Positions 40,362-49,377 of a DNA stretch of 64,000 bases are shown in pieces. The position numbers and the translations under genes are program-made. Where the stretch lies: the NCBI GenBank assembly GCA_964291235.2, contig OZ219816.1:288001-352000 (forward strand), in the 5' to 3' direction. Positions within the stretch are counted from its first letter, which is position 1. Every line of letters starts with the position of its first letter. The DNA comes from Vicinamibacteria bacterium. Lineage in GTDB: Bacteria > Acidobacteriota > Vicinamibacteria > Marinacidobacterales > Marinacidobacteraceae. Under the pieces are notes generated by a model, which ran no database searches, had not been told where the DNA came from, and was given only the letters and a program-made list of their open reading frames with translations.

Positions 40362-41603
40362 TCAGGAGACCCGGATCGACGCCAGCATGTCGGCGTTGTT
40401 CTTCGTTCGTCCCATCCTGCCGAGCAGCAGGGACATCGCCTCCATCGGCTTCAGGCCGGCCAGGGCGCGCCGCAGCAGGTGCGTCTTGGGCAGTTCTTCC
40501 GAAGACAGCAGGAGTTCTTCGCGCCGGGTTCCCGACTGGTGAATGTCAATCGCCGGAAAGATCCGTGACTCCGCCAGCTTCCGGTCCAGAACCAGCTCCA
40601 TGTTGCCGGTTCCCTTGAACTCCTGGAAGATGACCTCGTCCATCTGGCTTCCGGTATCCACGAGCGCCGTTCCGAGGATGGTCAGGCTTCCACCGTCCTC
40701 GATCTTGCGCGCCGCGCCGAAGAACTGGCGGGGGAACTCAAGCGCCCGCGAGTCGATGCCGCCACTCATGGTGCGGCCCTTCCCGCGCATTTCCCGGTTC
40801 GCGGCCCGGCCCAGCCGCGTGATGGAGTCGAGCAGAATGACCACGTCTTCCTTCATCTCGACAAGCCGGCGCGCCTGCTCAAGCACGATTCTGGCGACCC
40901 GGACGTGGTCCGCGCTGCCGCTGTCCGCGGTCGAGGCGACCGTTTCGGCCTTCGGAACCGAACGCCGCATGTGCGTGACTTCCTCGGGGCGCTCGTCGAT
41001 CAACAGGATGATGAGATGGATTCCCGGATAGTGCTCCGAAATGGACGCCCCGATCTGTTCGAGCAGGATGGTCTTGCCGGTTTTGGGGGCGGCCACGATG
41101 AGGCCGCGCTGGCCCCGTCCCACCGGGGCAATCAGATCCACCACCCGGAGCGATAGCGGAGCCGGCTCCGTGCGCGCCAGTTCGATGCGCGGTGCCGGAT
41201 GTTCGCTGATCAGATCGGCGTAGTTCCGCCGGGGAGGCAACGCCTCCACCGGGTAGCCGTTCACCTCGAGGACCGTGTGCAGTTCCGCCCGGGGCGGTCC
41301 CCCGCGCCGGCGGCCCCGCCTCGGCGGGCCGTGATAGCCGAGGATCATGTGTCCCTCGCGGAGCTTGTAACGATCGATCAGGCCGAACGGCACCCGGACA
41401 TCGGTGGCTCGCGGCAGGAAGTTGTTGGTGTGGAGCCGCAGATGACCGCTGTCGCGAGGCCCGATGTCCAGCAGGCCCGTGATCTCGATACGGGGAATCT
41501 CAGGTTCCTTGGTCTTGGGCTCGGAATCTTTCTCGCCAGCCGGGGAGATCGGTTCCGTCACGGTCAACTCCTCGCTCGCGGCGGAGACGGGCAAGTCGGG
41601 CAT
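40362..41603 (-). CDS. rho: Transcription termination factor Rho
   Basis: GRGQRGLIVAAPKTGKT, IDERPEEVT, DSITRL, EFKGTGNMEL, SGTRREELL. Confidence 0.95.
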   Translation of the reverse strand: MPDLPVSAASEELTVTEPISPAGEKDSEPKTKEPEIPRIEITGLLDIGPRDSGHLRLHTNNFLPRATDVRVPFGLIDRYKLREGHMILGYHGPPRRGRRRGGPPRAELHTVLEVNGYPVEALPPRRNYADLISEHPAPRIELARTEPAPLSLRVVDLIAPVGRGQRGLIVAAPKTGKTILLEQIGASISEHYPGIHLIILLIDERPEEVTHMRRSVPKAETVASTADSGSADHVRVARIVLEQARRLVEMKEDVVILLDSITRLGRAANREMRGKGRTMSGGIDSRALEFPRQFFGAARKIEDGGSLTILGTALVDTGSQMDEVIFQEFKGTGNMELVLDRKLAESRIFPAIDIHQSGTRREELLLSSEELPKTHLLRRALAGLKPMEAMSLLLGRMGRTKNNADMLASIRVS

Positions 41604-42058
41604 GGGCGTTTCCTGAAGGATGGGGGGCGTCTTCGCCACGGAGGGGGTCTTTCGATTGGCTGAATCGGCGGGCGCCGCACCGTCTGGGTGCGGGACCGGG
41701 ATAGGCAGTGGATCGATGAAGGGGATCGATGATTTGACAGCCCCGGAAAACGGGCGGCTCCGGCGCTGGCGAGGGTCGCCGGGCGGCAAACCTCAACGGC
41801 GAAAACGGACCAGCGCACCAGAAGGCGCACGGAACCGGGTCCGCCGATCCATTGATCGGAATCCCGGGGATCGGAGTCCCGGGAACGCCGACCGTTATTG
41901 GCGGAGCAAGACCGCCATCGGTTGAGGCCGGGTCACTCTGGGTGGGGAACGCACCGTCAATAGAGCCGCGTCAGCCCCCAACGAATCCGGGACCGAAGTC
42001 TAGCACGCGGCGGCCCGTTCCCCAGGGACGCCGCGCGCAGTCGGGTCCCGGAAAGTCG

Positions 42059-42403
42059 CTATCTGGACTCGATGGAATGGACGGTCACGGTGGTCTGGTC
42101 CTCGCTCAGAACACCCGTGACGGTGACGTCCGTCCCGGCGAACTCCTCGACCTTCTCCTGGTCGTCCACGGCATAGACCGCGTCGTCCGCCGGCACGTAG
42201 AGCTGGAGCGCCGCTCCCATCTCCACGCACGCGATGGCGCATTCCGGATGCGTCATCCCGTCCATCATGTGCTCCTTGCCGCACATCTCGTCCGTGACGT
42301 GCGCCTCCCAGGTCTGTTCTTCCTGCGCAGCGGCGAGTCCGAAGGCGCCCGCCAGCAGGAGCGCCAGAAAGAAAACGGTGGCTACGATTCGAAATGGGCG
42401 CAT
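42059..42403 (-). CDS. Small exported Cys/His/Met-rich protein (DUF5818-like)
   Basis: Signal peptide, DEMCGKEH...ECAIACV, FAG.DVTVTG. Confidence 0.7.
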   Translation of the reverse strand: MRPFRIVATVFFLALLLAGAFGLAAAQEEQTWEAHVTDEMCGKEHMMDGMTHPECAIACVEMGAALQLYVPADDAVYAVDDQEKVEEFAGTDVTVTGVLSEDQTTVTVHSIESR

Positions 42404-42503
42404 CAGGACCTCCCGCCGGCCGGCAGGCCGACTGTCGCAAGGCATTGTGGCGCAGGCGAGGCCCCGCCGACCACCGGGACGGCCAGTATGCTCCCCGCCG
42501 TCC

Positions 42504-43865
42504 ATGGGGAAGGCGCCCACCAAACCGGTCAGCGGAATGCGGGATCACCTTCCCGCGGCGGCGCTGAAGCGCCGCGAGGCGTTTCGCCGGGTCGAGGACG
42601 CGTTTGCGGCGCACGGCTTCGTTCCGCTGGAAACGCCGGCCATGGAACGTCTCTCCACCCTCCTCGGGAAGTACGGCGAAGAGGGCGATCAACTCATCTA
42701 TCGCGTGCTCCACCGGGGCGAGCGGCTCACCCGCGCGTTGAACCGGGAGCCGGTGGAACCCGGGGAACTGTCCGAACTGGGCCTGCGTTACGACCTCACG
42801 GTGCCGCTCGCCCGGGTCACCGCCGAGTACCGGGCGGAACTGCCCGCCGTGTTCCGCCGCTACCAGATCCAGTCGGTGTGGCGGGCGGACCGCGCCCAGC
42901 GCGGACGGTTCCGCGAGTTCACCCAGTGCGACGCGGACATCGTGGGGAGCAGCTCCCTGGTCGCCGATGCGGAGGCGCTGGTGGTTCTCCACGCGGCGCT
43001 TGCCGCGCTCGGCTTCTCGGACTTCACCATCCTGCTGAACCACCGGGAGCTCCTCCGGGCGTTGATCGCCACCAGCGGAGTCCCCGCCCACGCCGAGCAG
43101 GACACCCTGGTGGTGCTCGACAAGATCGGCAAGATCGGCCGCGAAGCGGTGGAGCGGGAACTCGGTGGCCTTTCGGAAGTGGGACCTGACCGGGCGCGGG
43201 CGCTTCTGGACCTGGTGCCGGACGATGCCGACGACCGGGAAGGCGACATTGAGCGGCTTCGCCAACTCGGCGAGGCGCTCCCTCCGGGGCCTGGCCGAGG
43301 CGCCGCTGCCGATCTCATCGCGCTGCTCGATGCCCTCGACGGAGCCTTGGGGGAAGCCGCTCCCGTGCGGTTCTCCCCGAGCCTCGCCCGCGGACTCAGC
43401 TACTACACGGGGCCCATTTTCGAGGTGGTAGCAGCCGGCGGCGCCGGTTCGCTCGCGGGGGGAGGCCGCTACGACGGACTGGTGGGGATGTTCAGCGGCA
43501 AGGAGACGCCGGCGGTGGGGTTTTCTCTCGGCATGGAGCGCATCCTGATGCTGCTCGAGGAAACGGGCATCGCCTCCGCCGAAGGCGCGGCGCCTCAAGC
43601 CATGCTCTGCCCGCTTCCGGGAATCGCGGTCCGCGACACTCTCCGGGTCGCCCGTGCGCTCCGCGCCGCCGGCGTCCGACTTGACGTTCAGGTGGATGCG
43701 CTGAAACTCGGAAAACAGCTCGCCCGGGCGGCCGCCGCCGGTATCCCCTTCGCACTCATCCTCGGCCCCGATGAACTCGCGGAAGGACGGTGCACCGTCC
43801 GCAACCTGGAAACCCGGGACCAGCGAACGGTTCCCCTCGCGGACGTTCCGAACAATCTGACGTAG
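42504..43865 (+). CDS. hisS: Histidine--tRNA ligase
   Basis: GMRD, LRYDLTVPLAR, GRFREFTQCDAD, LARGLSYYTG, GGGRYDGL. Confidence 0.97.
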   Translation: MGKAPTKPVSGMRDHLPAAALKRREAFRRVEDAFAAHGFVPLETPAMERLSTLLGKYGEEGDQLIYRVLHRGERLTRALNREPVEPGELSELGLRYDLTVPLARVTAEYRAELPAVFRRYQIQSVWRADRAQRGRFREFTQCDADIVGSSSLVADAEALVVLHAALAALGFSDFTILLNHRELLRALIATSGVPAHAEQDTLVVLDKIGKIGREAVERELGGLSEVGPDRARALLDLVPDDADDREGDIERLRQLGEALPPGPGRGAAADLIALLDALDGALGEAAPVRFSPSLARGLSYYTGPIFEVVAAGGAGSLAGGGRYDGLVGMFSGKETPAVGFSLGMERILMLLEETGIASAEGAAPQAMLCPLPGIAVRDTLRVARALRAAGVRLDVQVDALKLGKQLARAAAAGIPFALILGPDELAEGRCTVRNLETRDQRTVPLADVPNNLT

Positions 43866-43883
43866 GAGCGCAAGGGAGCGCGA

Positions 43884-44373
43884 GGAGCGCCGGCCTCCGG
43901 CTGGCATCGCCGAGCGAAGCGAGGCGAAACTCCCAGACTCAGTCAGCCTCGACGGCGTCAATCCAAACGGGGACGGCGCGACGCTCTTCGTCCGCCTGAG
44001 TCGCGTCGCGCCACCGAGTTGGGCTGCGGTGCTGCAGGGAAGATCAGCAACGGGAGTTTCGCGGCCTGCGGCCGCGATGCCGGCCGGAGGCCGGCGCTCC
44101 TATGCGGAGGGGTGACGATGCGCCGTCCCCGCTTGGGCCGCCGTCACCGAGGACCAGGAGCGCCAGCCTCCGGCTGGCATCGCCGAGCAACGCGAGGCGA
44201 AACTCCCAGACTCAGTCAGCGTCGACGGCGTCAACCCAAACGGCGACGGCGCGACGCTCTTCGGCGGCCTGAGTCGCGTCGCGCCACGGAGTTGGGCTGC
44301 AGTGCTGCAGGGCACATCGGCGACGGGAGTTTCGCGGCCTGCGGCCGCGATGCCGGCCGGAGGCCGCCGCTCC
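43884..44373. mobile_element. Two tandem REPIN/MITE-like elements of 217 bp (43884-44100, 44157-44373)
   Basis: Terminal inverted REPs GGAGCGCCGGCCTCCGGCTGGCAT / ATGCCGGCCGGAGGCCGGCGCTCC; inner GAAACTCCC/GGGAGTTTC pairing. Confidence 0.8.
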
Positions 44374-44389
44374 GGGCGAGTCGCCGTCG

Positions 44390-44620
44390 TCAGGACACCG
44401 GGGTCAGCAGGATCCGGCTGCGGTCCCGAATTCGCGGGTTGAGGGGATCGGGTGTCCCGGCGCGCGGGTCGGGGACCTTCTCGGCGCGAAAGCGCTTCCC
44501 GGCGGCGAAGTATTCCGGCTCCCGCATCGGGGGAAGGGGCCGCGAGGGATCGCGCTCATAGAGTCCCTCCCGGGTCTCGCGCATCGCTCCGACAAACAGG
44601 ATTTCCCGCCATTTACGCAT
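44390..44620 (-). CDS. Small hypothetical protein (76 aa)
   Basis: MRKWREILFVGAMRE... fills the gap and is divergent from trmJ. Confidence 0.5.
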   Translation of the reverse strand: MRKWREILFVGAMRETREGLYERDPSRPLPPMREPEYFAAGKRFRAEKVPDPRAGTPDPLNPRIRDRSRILLTPVS

Positions 44621-44737
44621 CGGAACGCTGAAGGCCCCGTGGTCGCCGACCGGCCTCAGGTCGTGGAAGGGGCCAGGGGCAGGCATCGGAGTCGGCGGAC
44701 GCGTCGTGGGCGCGGCTTCTAGGATAGGCAGCTTCCC

Positions 44738-45466
44738 GTGGCGCACGTACATATCGTTCTCGTCCGACCCCGCCGGCCGGAGAACATCGGTGCGGTAGCC
44801 CGGGTCATCGGCAATACCGGGCTCACCGGATTGCGCCTGGTCGAGCCGGGGGACTGGCGCACGGTCGAGGCCTTCCGCATGGCCTGGCAGGCGGAAGACG
44901 TGCTGGAGAACGCCGGGGTCTTTCCGGCGCTCGCCGAAGCCGTCGGCGGCTGCCGGCTGGTGGCCGGTCTCAGTGGCCGCGGACGAGAGGTGATCCAGCA
45001 CCTCACTCCCCGGGAACTCGCCGGCGAGATCGCCGCGATCGAGAGTGAGGACGAAGTGGCGGTGGTCTTCGGCAACGAGTCGAGCGGCCTGACGCTGGAG
45101 GAGCGCAAGCTCTGCCACCGGCAGGTTCGCATCCCGACCTCTCCCCGCCAGCCCTCGCTGAACCTCGCCCAGGCGGTGATGATCGCGGCCTACGAGATCT
45201 TCGTGGCGAACGGCCCTTCGTCCGAGGATCCCATCCGCAGAGCCACCGCGGAAGAGACCGAGCGCGCGCTGCTCACGCTGCGCGACGCCATGCTGTCGGT
45301 CGGATTCCTCCCCCCCGAGAAACCGGAATCCCGCTTCGCCGAGTGGCGGGAGCTGTTCGGGCGCGCCGGACTCACGGAGCGCGAGACCCGCATGCTCATG
45401 GCCTTCACGCGGCGGGTGAAGGACGCCGGGACGCGGGCGGGCAAGCCACCCGAGCGAAGCGGCTAG
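44738..45466 (+). CDS. trmJ: SPOUT RNA methyltransferase, TrmJ/LasT family
   Basis: VLVRP..PENIGAVAR, VFGNESSGL, SLNLAQAV. Confidence 0.85.
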   Translation: MAHVHIVLVRPRRPENIGAVARVIGNTGLTGLRLVEPGDWRTVEAFRMAWQAEDVLENAGVFPALAEAVGGCRLVAGLSGRGREVIQHLTPRELAGEIAAIESEDEVAVVFGNESSGLTLEERKLCHRQVRIPTSPRQPSLNLAQAVMIAAYEIFVANGPSSEDPIRRATAEETERALLTLRDAMLSVGFLPPEKPESRFAEWRELFGRAGLTERETRMLMAFTRRVKDAGTRAGKPPERSG

Positions 45467-45490
45467 CAGCGCGGGAGCGTTCGGCCGGAG

Positions 45491-46156
45491 TCAGAGGTTT
45501 TCCCGGAACAGTCGGATCACGCGGCCCCACGCATCCGCGGACGCCTCGGCGTCGTATGACGGACGGCGGTCATTGAAGAACGCGTGGTCGGTTCCCGGAT
45601 AGGTGTGGAACTCATGGGCGACTTCGGCCCCCGCCAGGGAGGCCGCCAGGGTGTTCACCGCCTCGGCGTTCACGAAGCCGTCGTTCTCGGCGAAGAGCCC
45701 GAGAACCGGACAGCGGATCGCCCCGTAGTCCGGGTGGACGTTCGGGTGAACACCGTAAAAGTCCACGCACGCCCCGATGCGCGGCGACTTGCTGGCGGCA
45801 TAGAGCGCGAGCTGGCCGCCCATGCAAAAGCCCACCACTCCGACGGAATCCCCCGAAGCAACCGTCGCGAGATGATCGGCGGCGCCCCGCAGGTCCTGCT
45901 CGGCTCGGTCCACCTCGAGCGCCATGAACAGTTTTCCGGCCTCGTCCGGGGAGGTGGTCTGCTCACCGTGGAATAGATCCGGAGCCAGCGCCGTGAACCC
46001 GGCCTCGGCGAAACGGTCCGCGACCTCCTTGATGTGGCCGACGAGACCCCACCACTCCTGGATCACCAAGACCCCCGGCCCCGGCCGGTCCGGCACCGCC
46101 AGGTAACCGTCGGCGGCCCCGCCGTTCGCCGCAAAAGAAACCATTTCACTGCGCAT
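45491..46156 (-). CDS. Dienelactone hydrolase family protein
   Basis: QEWWGL, APDLF, GFCMGG, HAFFND. Confidence 0.92.
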   Translation of the reverse strand: MRSEMVSFAANGGAADGYLAVPDRPGPGVLVIQEWWGLVGHIKEVADRFAEAGFTALAPDLFHGEQTTSPDEAGKLFMALEVDRAEQDLRGAADHLATVASGDSVGVVGFCMGGQLALYAASKSPRIGACVDFYGVHPNVHPDYGAIRCPVLGLFAENDGFVNAEAVNTLAASLAGAEVAHEFHTYPGTDHAFFNDRRPSYDAEASADAWGRVIRLFRENL

Positions 46157-46270
46157 TCGGACCCTCCTGGGGGCGGCGATGCTAACAGCGCCAATCTACG
46201 AAAATCCTTCCGGAATGCGGCCTTCCTTTGTTATCTTCGGCCGGCTGCTCCGGTCGGAGCGAAAGGAAGG

Positions 46271-47977
46271 ATGCCGATGAGCCCACTCGTGGCGACGCTC
46301 ATCTGCTTCGGGCTCTACTACCTCGGCTACCGCTTCTACGGCCGCCGCATCGGACGCCGCGCCTTCGCGCTGGACGATTCGCGGCCCACCCCGGCGCACG
46401 AGTTCGAGGACGGGCACGACTACGTCCCGACCCGGAAGGCGGTCCTCTTCGGGCATCACTACGCCTCCATCGCGGGCCTCGCCCCGATGCTGGGTCCCGC
46501 CATCGCGGTGATCTGGGGCTGGGTCCCGGCGATGATCTGGGTGGTGCTCGGCACGCTCCTGGTGGGTGCGGTGCACGACTTCTCGGCGCTTTGCCTCAGC
46601 ATCCGGGCGAAGGGAAAGTCCATCGGCCGGATCGCCGAGGACATCATCGGCCGGCGCGCCAAGTACCTCTTCCACGCCCTGATCGTCTTCCTGATCGGGC
46701 TCGCGATGGGGGTCTTCGTCCAGGTCGTCGCGCAGCTCTTCTCGAGCATCTTCTATCCCGAGGCAGTCACCCCGAGCAGCGCGGTGATGGTGCTCGCCAT
46801 CGCCATCGGGTATCTCTCGTACCGCAAGGGCGTGCCGCTCCGGTACCTCGTGCCGGTGGGCGCCGCGCTCCTGTTCTTCAGCATCTGGCTCGGGATGGCG
46901 GTGATTCCGGCTCCGGATCTGTCCACGACAACCTGGAGCTACGTGCTGCTGGGCTATGCGTTCTGCGCGTCGGTGCTGCCGGTCTGGCTGCTGCTCCAGC
47001 CCCGGGACTTCCTGAACTCCATCCTGCTCTACTTGGGGCTCATCGCGATCTTCGTTTCCTTCGTGATTCAGAACCCCGAGTTCGCGGCCCCTGCCTATAA
47101 CCCGCAACCCGCCGACGCGCCGCCTATCTACCCGTTCGTCTTCATCGTCATCGCGTGCGGGGCGGTTTCAGGATTCCACGCCCTCGTGTCGTCGGGAACC
47201 ACCGCGAAACAGCTCAACAAGGAGAGCGACGCTCCGTTCATCGGCTATGGCGGGATGATCGGGGAGAGCCTGCTCGGGCTCTCGGCGGTGCTCGCCTGCA
47301 CCGCCGGCTTCGCGAGCCGCGACTTGTGGCACGAGCACTTCTCCAACTGGAACGCCGCGAACGGCCTCGCCCAGAAGCTCGACGCCTACATCACCGGGGC
47401 CGCCAACTTCATGGTTACCCTGGGGATTCCGGTGGAAGCCGGCAAGGCGTTCATGGCGCTGGTGGCAGTGTCCTTCGCGCTCACCACGCTCGACTCGGCG
47501 ACCCGCATCCTCCGTTACAACATCGAGGAGATCTCGGAGAGCATCAAGACCCCGTTCCTCGGGAACCGGCATGTGGCGTCCTTCCTCGCCGTGGTGATCA
47601 TCGGCTTCTTCGCCCTGATGAAGGTCCCCTCGGGGACTGGGGAAATGGTGCCGGCGGGAACCGCACTCTGGGCTCTGTTCGGAACCACGAACCAGATCAT
47701 GGCCGGACTCACCCTGCTGTCGGTGACCCTCTATCTCTACTTCCGCAAGAAGCCGTTCGCCTTCGCGTTCTTCCCGATGATCTTCATGGTGGCGACCACC
47801 ATCGCCGCGATGCTCTACAACATCCGCAGCTATGCCGAATCCGGCAACATCGTCCTGCTGGTGGTGGGCGGGGCGATCATGTTGCTCGCGTTCGGCCTGG
47901 TCTTCGAGGGGATCCTCCGGTTCACCAGGGGCCGGGAAGCCGCGATGGAAGGCATCCGGCGGGCCTTCGGGGACTGA
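46271..47977 (+). CDS. cstA: Carbon starvation protein A family transporter
   Basis: LFGHHYASIAG, LPVWLLLQPRD, IACGAVSGFH, GYGGMIGE, TTLDSATR. Confidence 0.93.
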   Translation: MPMSPLVATLICFGLYYLGYRFYGRRIGRRAFALDDSRPTPAHEFEDGHDYVPTRKAVLFGHHYASIAGLAPMLGPAIAVIWGWVPAMIWVVLGTLLVGAVHDFSALCLSIRAKGKSIGRIAEDIIGRRAKYLFHALIVFLIGLAMGVFVQVVAQLFSSIFYPEAVTPSSAVMVLAIAIGYLSYRKGVPLRYLVPVGAALLFFSIWLGMAVIPAPDLSTTTWSYVLLGYAFCASVLPVWLLLQPRDFLNSILLYLGLIAIFVSFVIQNPEFAAPAYNPQPADAPPIYPFVFIVIACGAVSGFHALVSSGTTAKQLNKESDAPFIGYGGMIGESLLGLSAVLACTAGFASRDLWHEHFSNWNAANGLAQKLDAYITGAANFMVTLGIPVEAGKAFMALVAVSFALTTLDSATRILRYNIEEISESIKTPFLGNRHVASFLAVVIIGFFALMKVPSGTGEMVPAGTALWALFGTTNQIMAGLTLLSVTLYLYFRKKPFAFAFFPMIFMVATTIAAMLYNIRSYAESGNIVLLVVGGAIMLLAFGLVFEGILRFTRGREAAMEGIRRAFGD

Positions 47978-47995
47978 CCGCCGGACGAAAGAGGC

Positions 47996-49355
47996 ATGAC
48001 CGTCTACGGGCACAGGTCCCCGAGGACTGTCGTGGCAGCGCTCGCGCCGCGCCTGATCCTTGCCGTGGCGCTCGCCGCCACCGGCGGCCGCGCAAGACCG
48101 GCTCGCGCTGGTCGGCGGCATGCTGCTCGATGGCTATGACGTGCCGCCGCTCCACCACGCGGCGGTGCTGATCGAGGACGACCGGATCGTCGCGGTAGGC
48201 CGCGCCGCGGAGATGGAGATTCCACCGGATGCCGAGGTGGTGGATACCCGCGGGCGGGTGATGATCCCGGGAATGATGGACCTCCACGCCCATCTGGCGG
48301 TCCTCGGGCACGGCGAGTACGGCCGCTGGTTCTCCTGGATCGACGAGGAAGGGGTGGACATCGAGGACGTGATGGAAATCTCGGCGCGGCAGCTCCTGCT
48401 CGCCGGGGTGACGACCGCGGTGGACCTCGGGGCGCCGCTCGAGGCCAGCCTCGCGGTGCGCGACCGGATCGCGAGCGGCGAGGTTCCCGGCGCCCGCCTG
48501 CTCATGGCCGGCCCCTGGATCACCCGCCGGGTGAGCTTCTGGCCGGAGAACTACCAGATCGGCGTGAGTTCGCCCGAGGAGGCGTCGGCCGCGGTCGAGC
48601 GCCTCGCCGAAGCGGGAGTGGACGTGATCAAGGCATGGGTCGGACTCACCCGGGAGGACTACCAGGCGATCGCCGATACCGCGCACCGGCACGGAATCCG
48701 GGTCCACGCCCATGTCTACGACCCGGGCGATGTCCGCAACGCCCTTGAAGCCGGAATCGACGTCCTCACCCACGCGGGCTCGGCAGGGACGCCCCCGTAC
48801 GAACCCGAACTGGTGCGGGACATCGTGGTCGCCGGCCGTCCGGTGGTGATCACCGGCGCCCATCGAGTGTGGGTATTCCCGGCCACCGTGGACTTTCCCG
48901 AGCGCCTCCAGGATCCGCGGCTCCGCGACGACCTGCCGGAAGCGATGTACGCCGAGCTTCAGCAAAGCTTCGAGAACTGGCACACGCTTCCCTACTTCCA
49001 GACGACCGCCCGCCAGATGTTCTTCGGCGACGCTTCCCTCGGACAGTGGATCGAGGCCGGGGCGGTCATGGGCATGGGCACCGACTCCGGAACGCCCATG
49101 AACTTTCATACCGAGGCCCTCTGGCGGGAGCTCAAGGCCCACGTGGACCTGGGGATGACGCCGATGGAGGCCATCGTGGCCGCCACCCGGGTGAACGCCC
49201 GGATTCTCGGTCTGGCCGACGATCTCGGGACCATCGAGGCGGGCAAGATCGCTGACATCGTCGTGCTCCGGGGCGATCCGCGCTTCAGCATCACGGCGTT
49301 GTCCGAACCCGAACTGGTCGTCAAGGACGGCAAGGTGTACCGGCGGGACGACTAG
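47996..49355 (+). CDS. Exported amidohydrolase, apparently frameshifted near 48080
   Basis: PGMMDLHAH, VHAH, GTDSG, GKIADIVVL; signal peptide from ATG 47996 lies in a different frame. Confidence 0.85.
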
Positions 49356-49377
49356 CCCGCGGCGCCAGGAGGCCACC

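Noticed and set aside
41805-41840. Glycine-riboswitch-like GCACCAGAAGGCGCA
   Set aside because: Lies antisense to the downstream gene rho and lacks the other conserved aptamer elements
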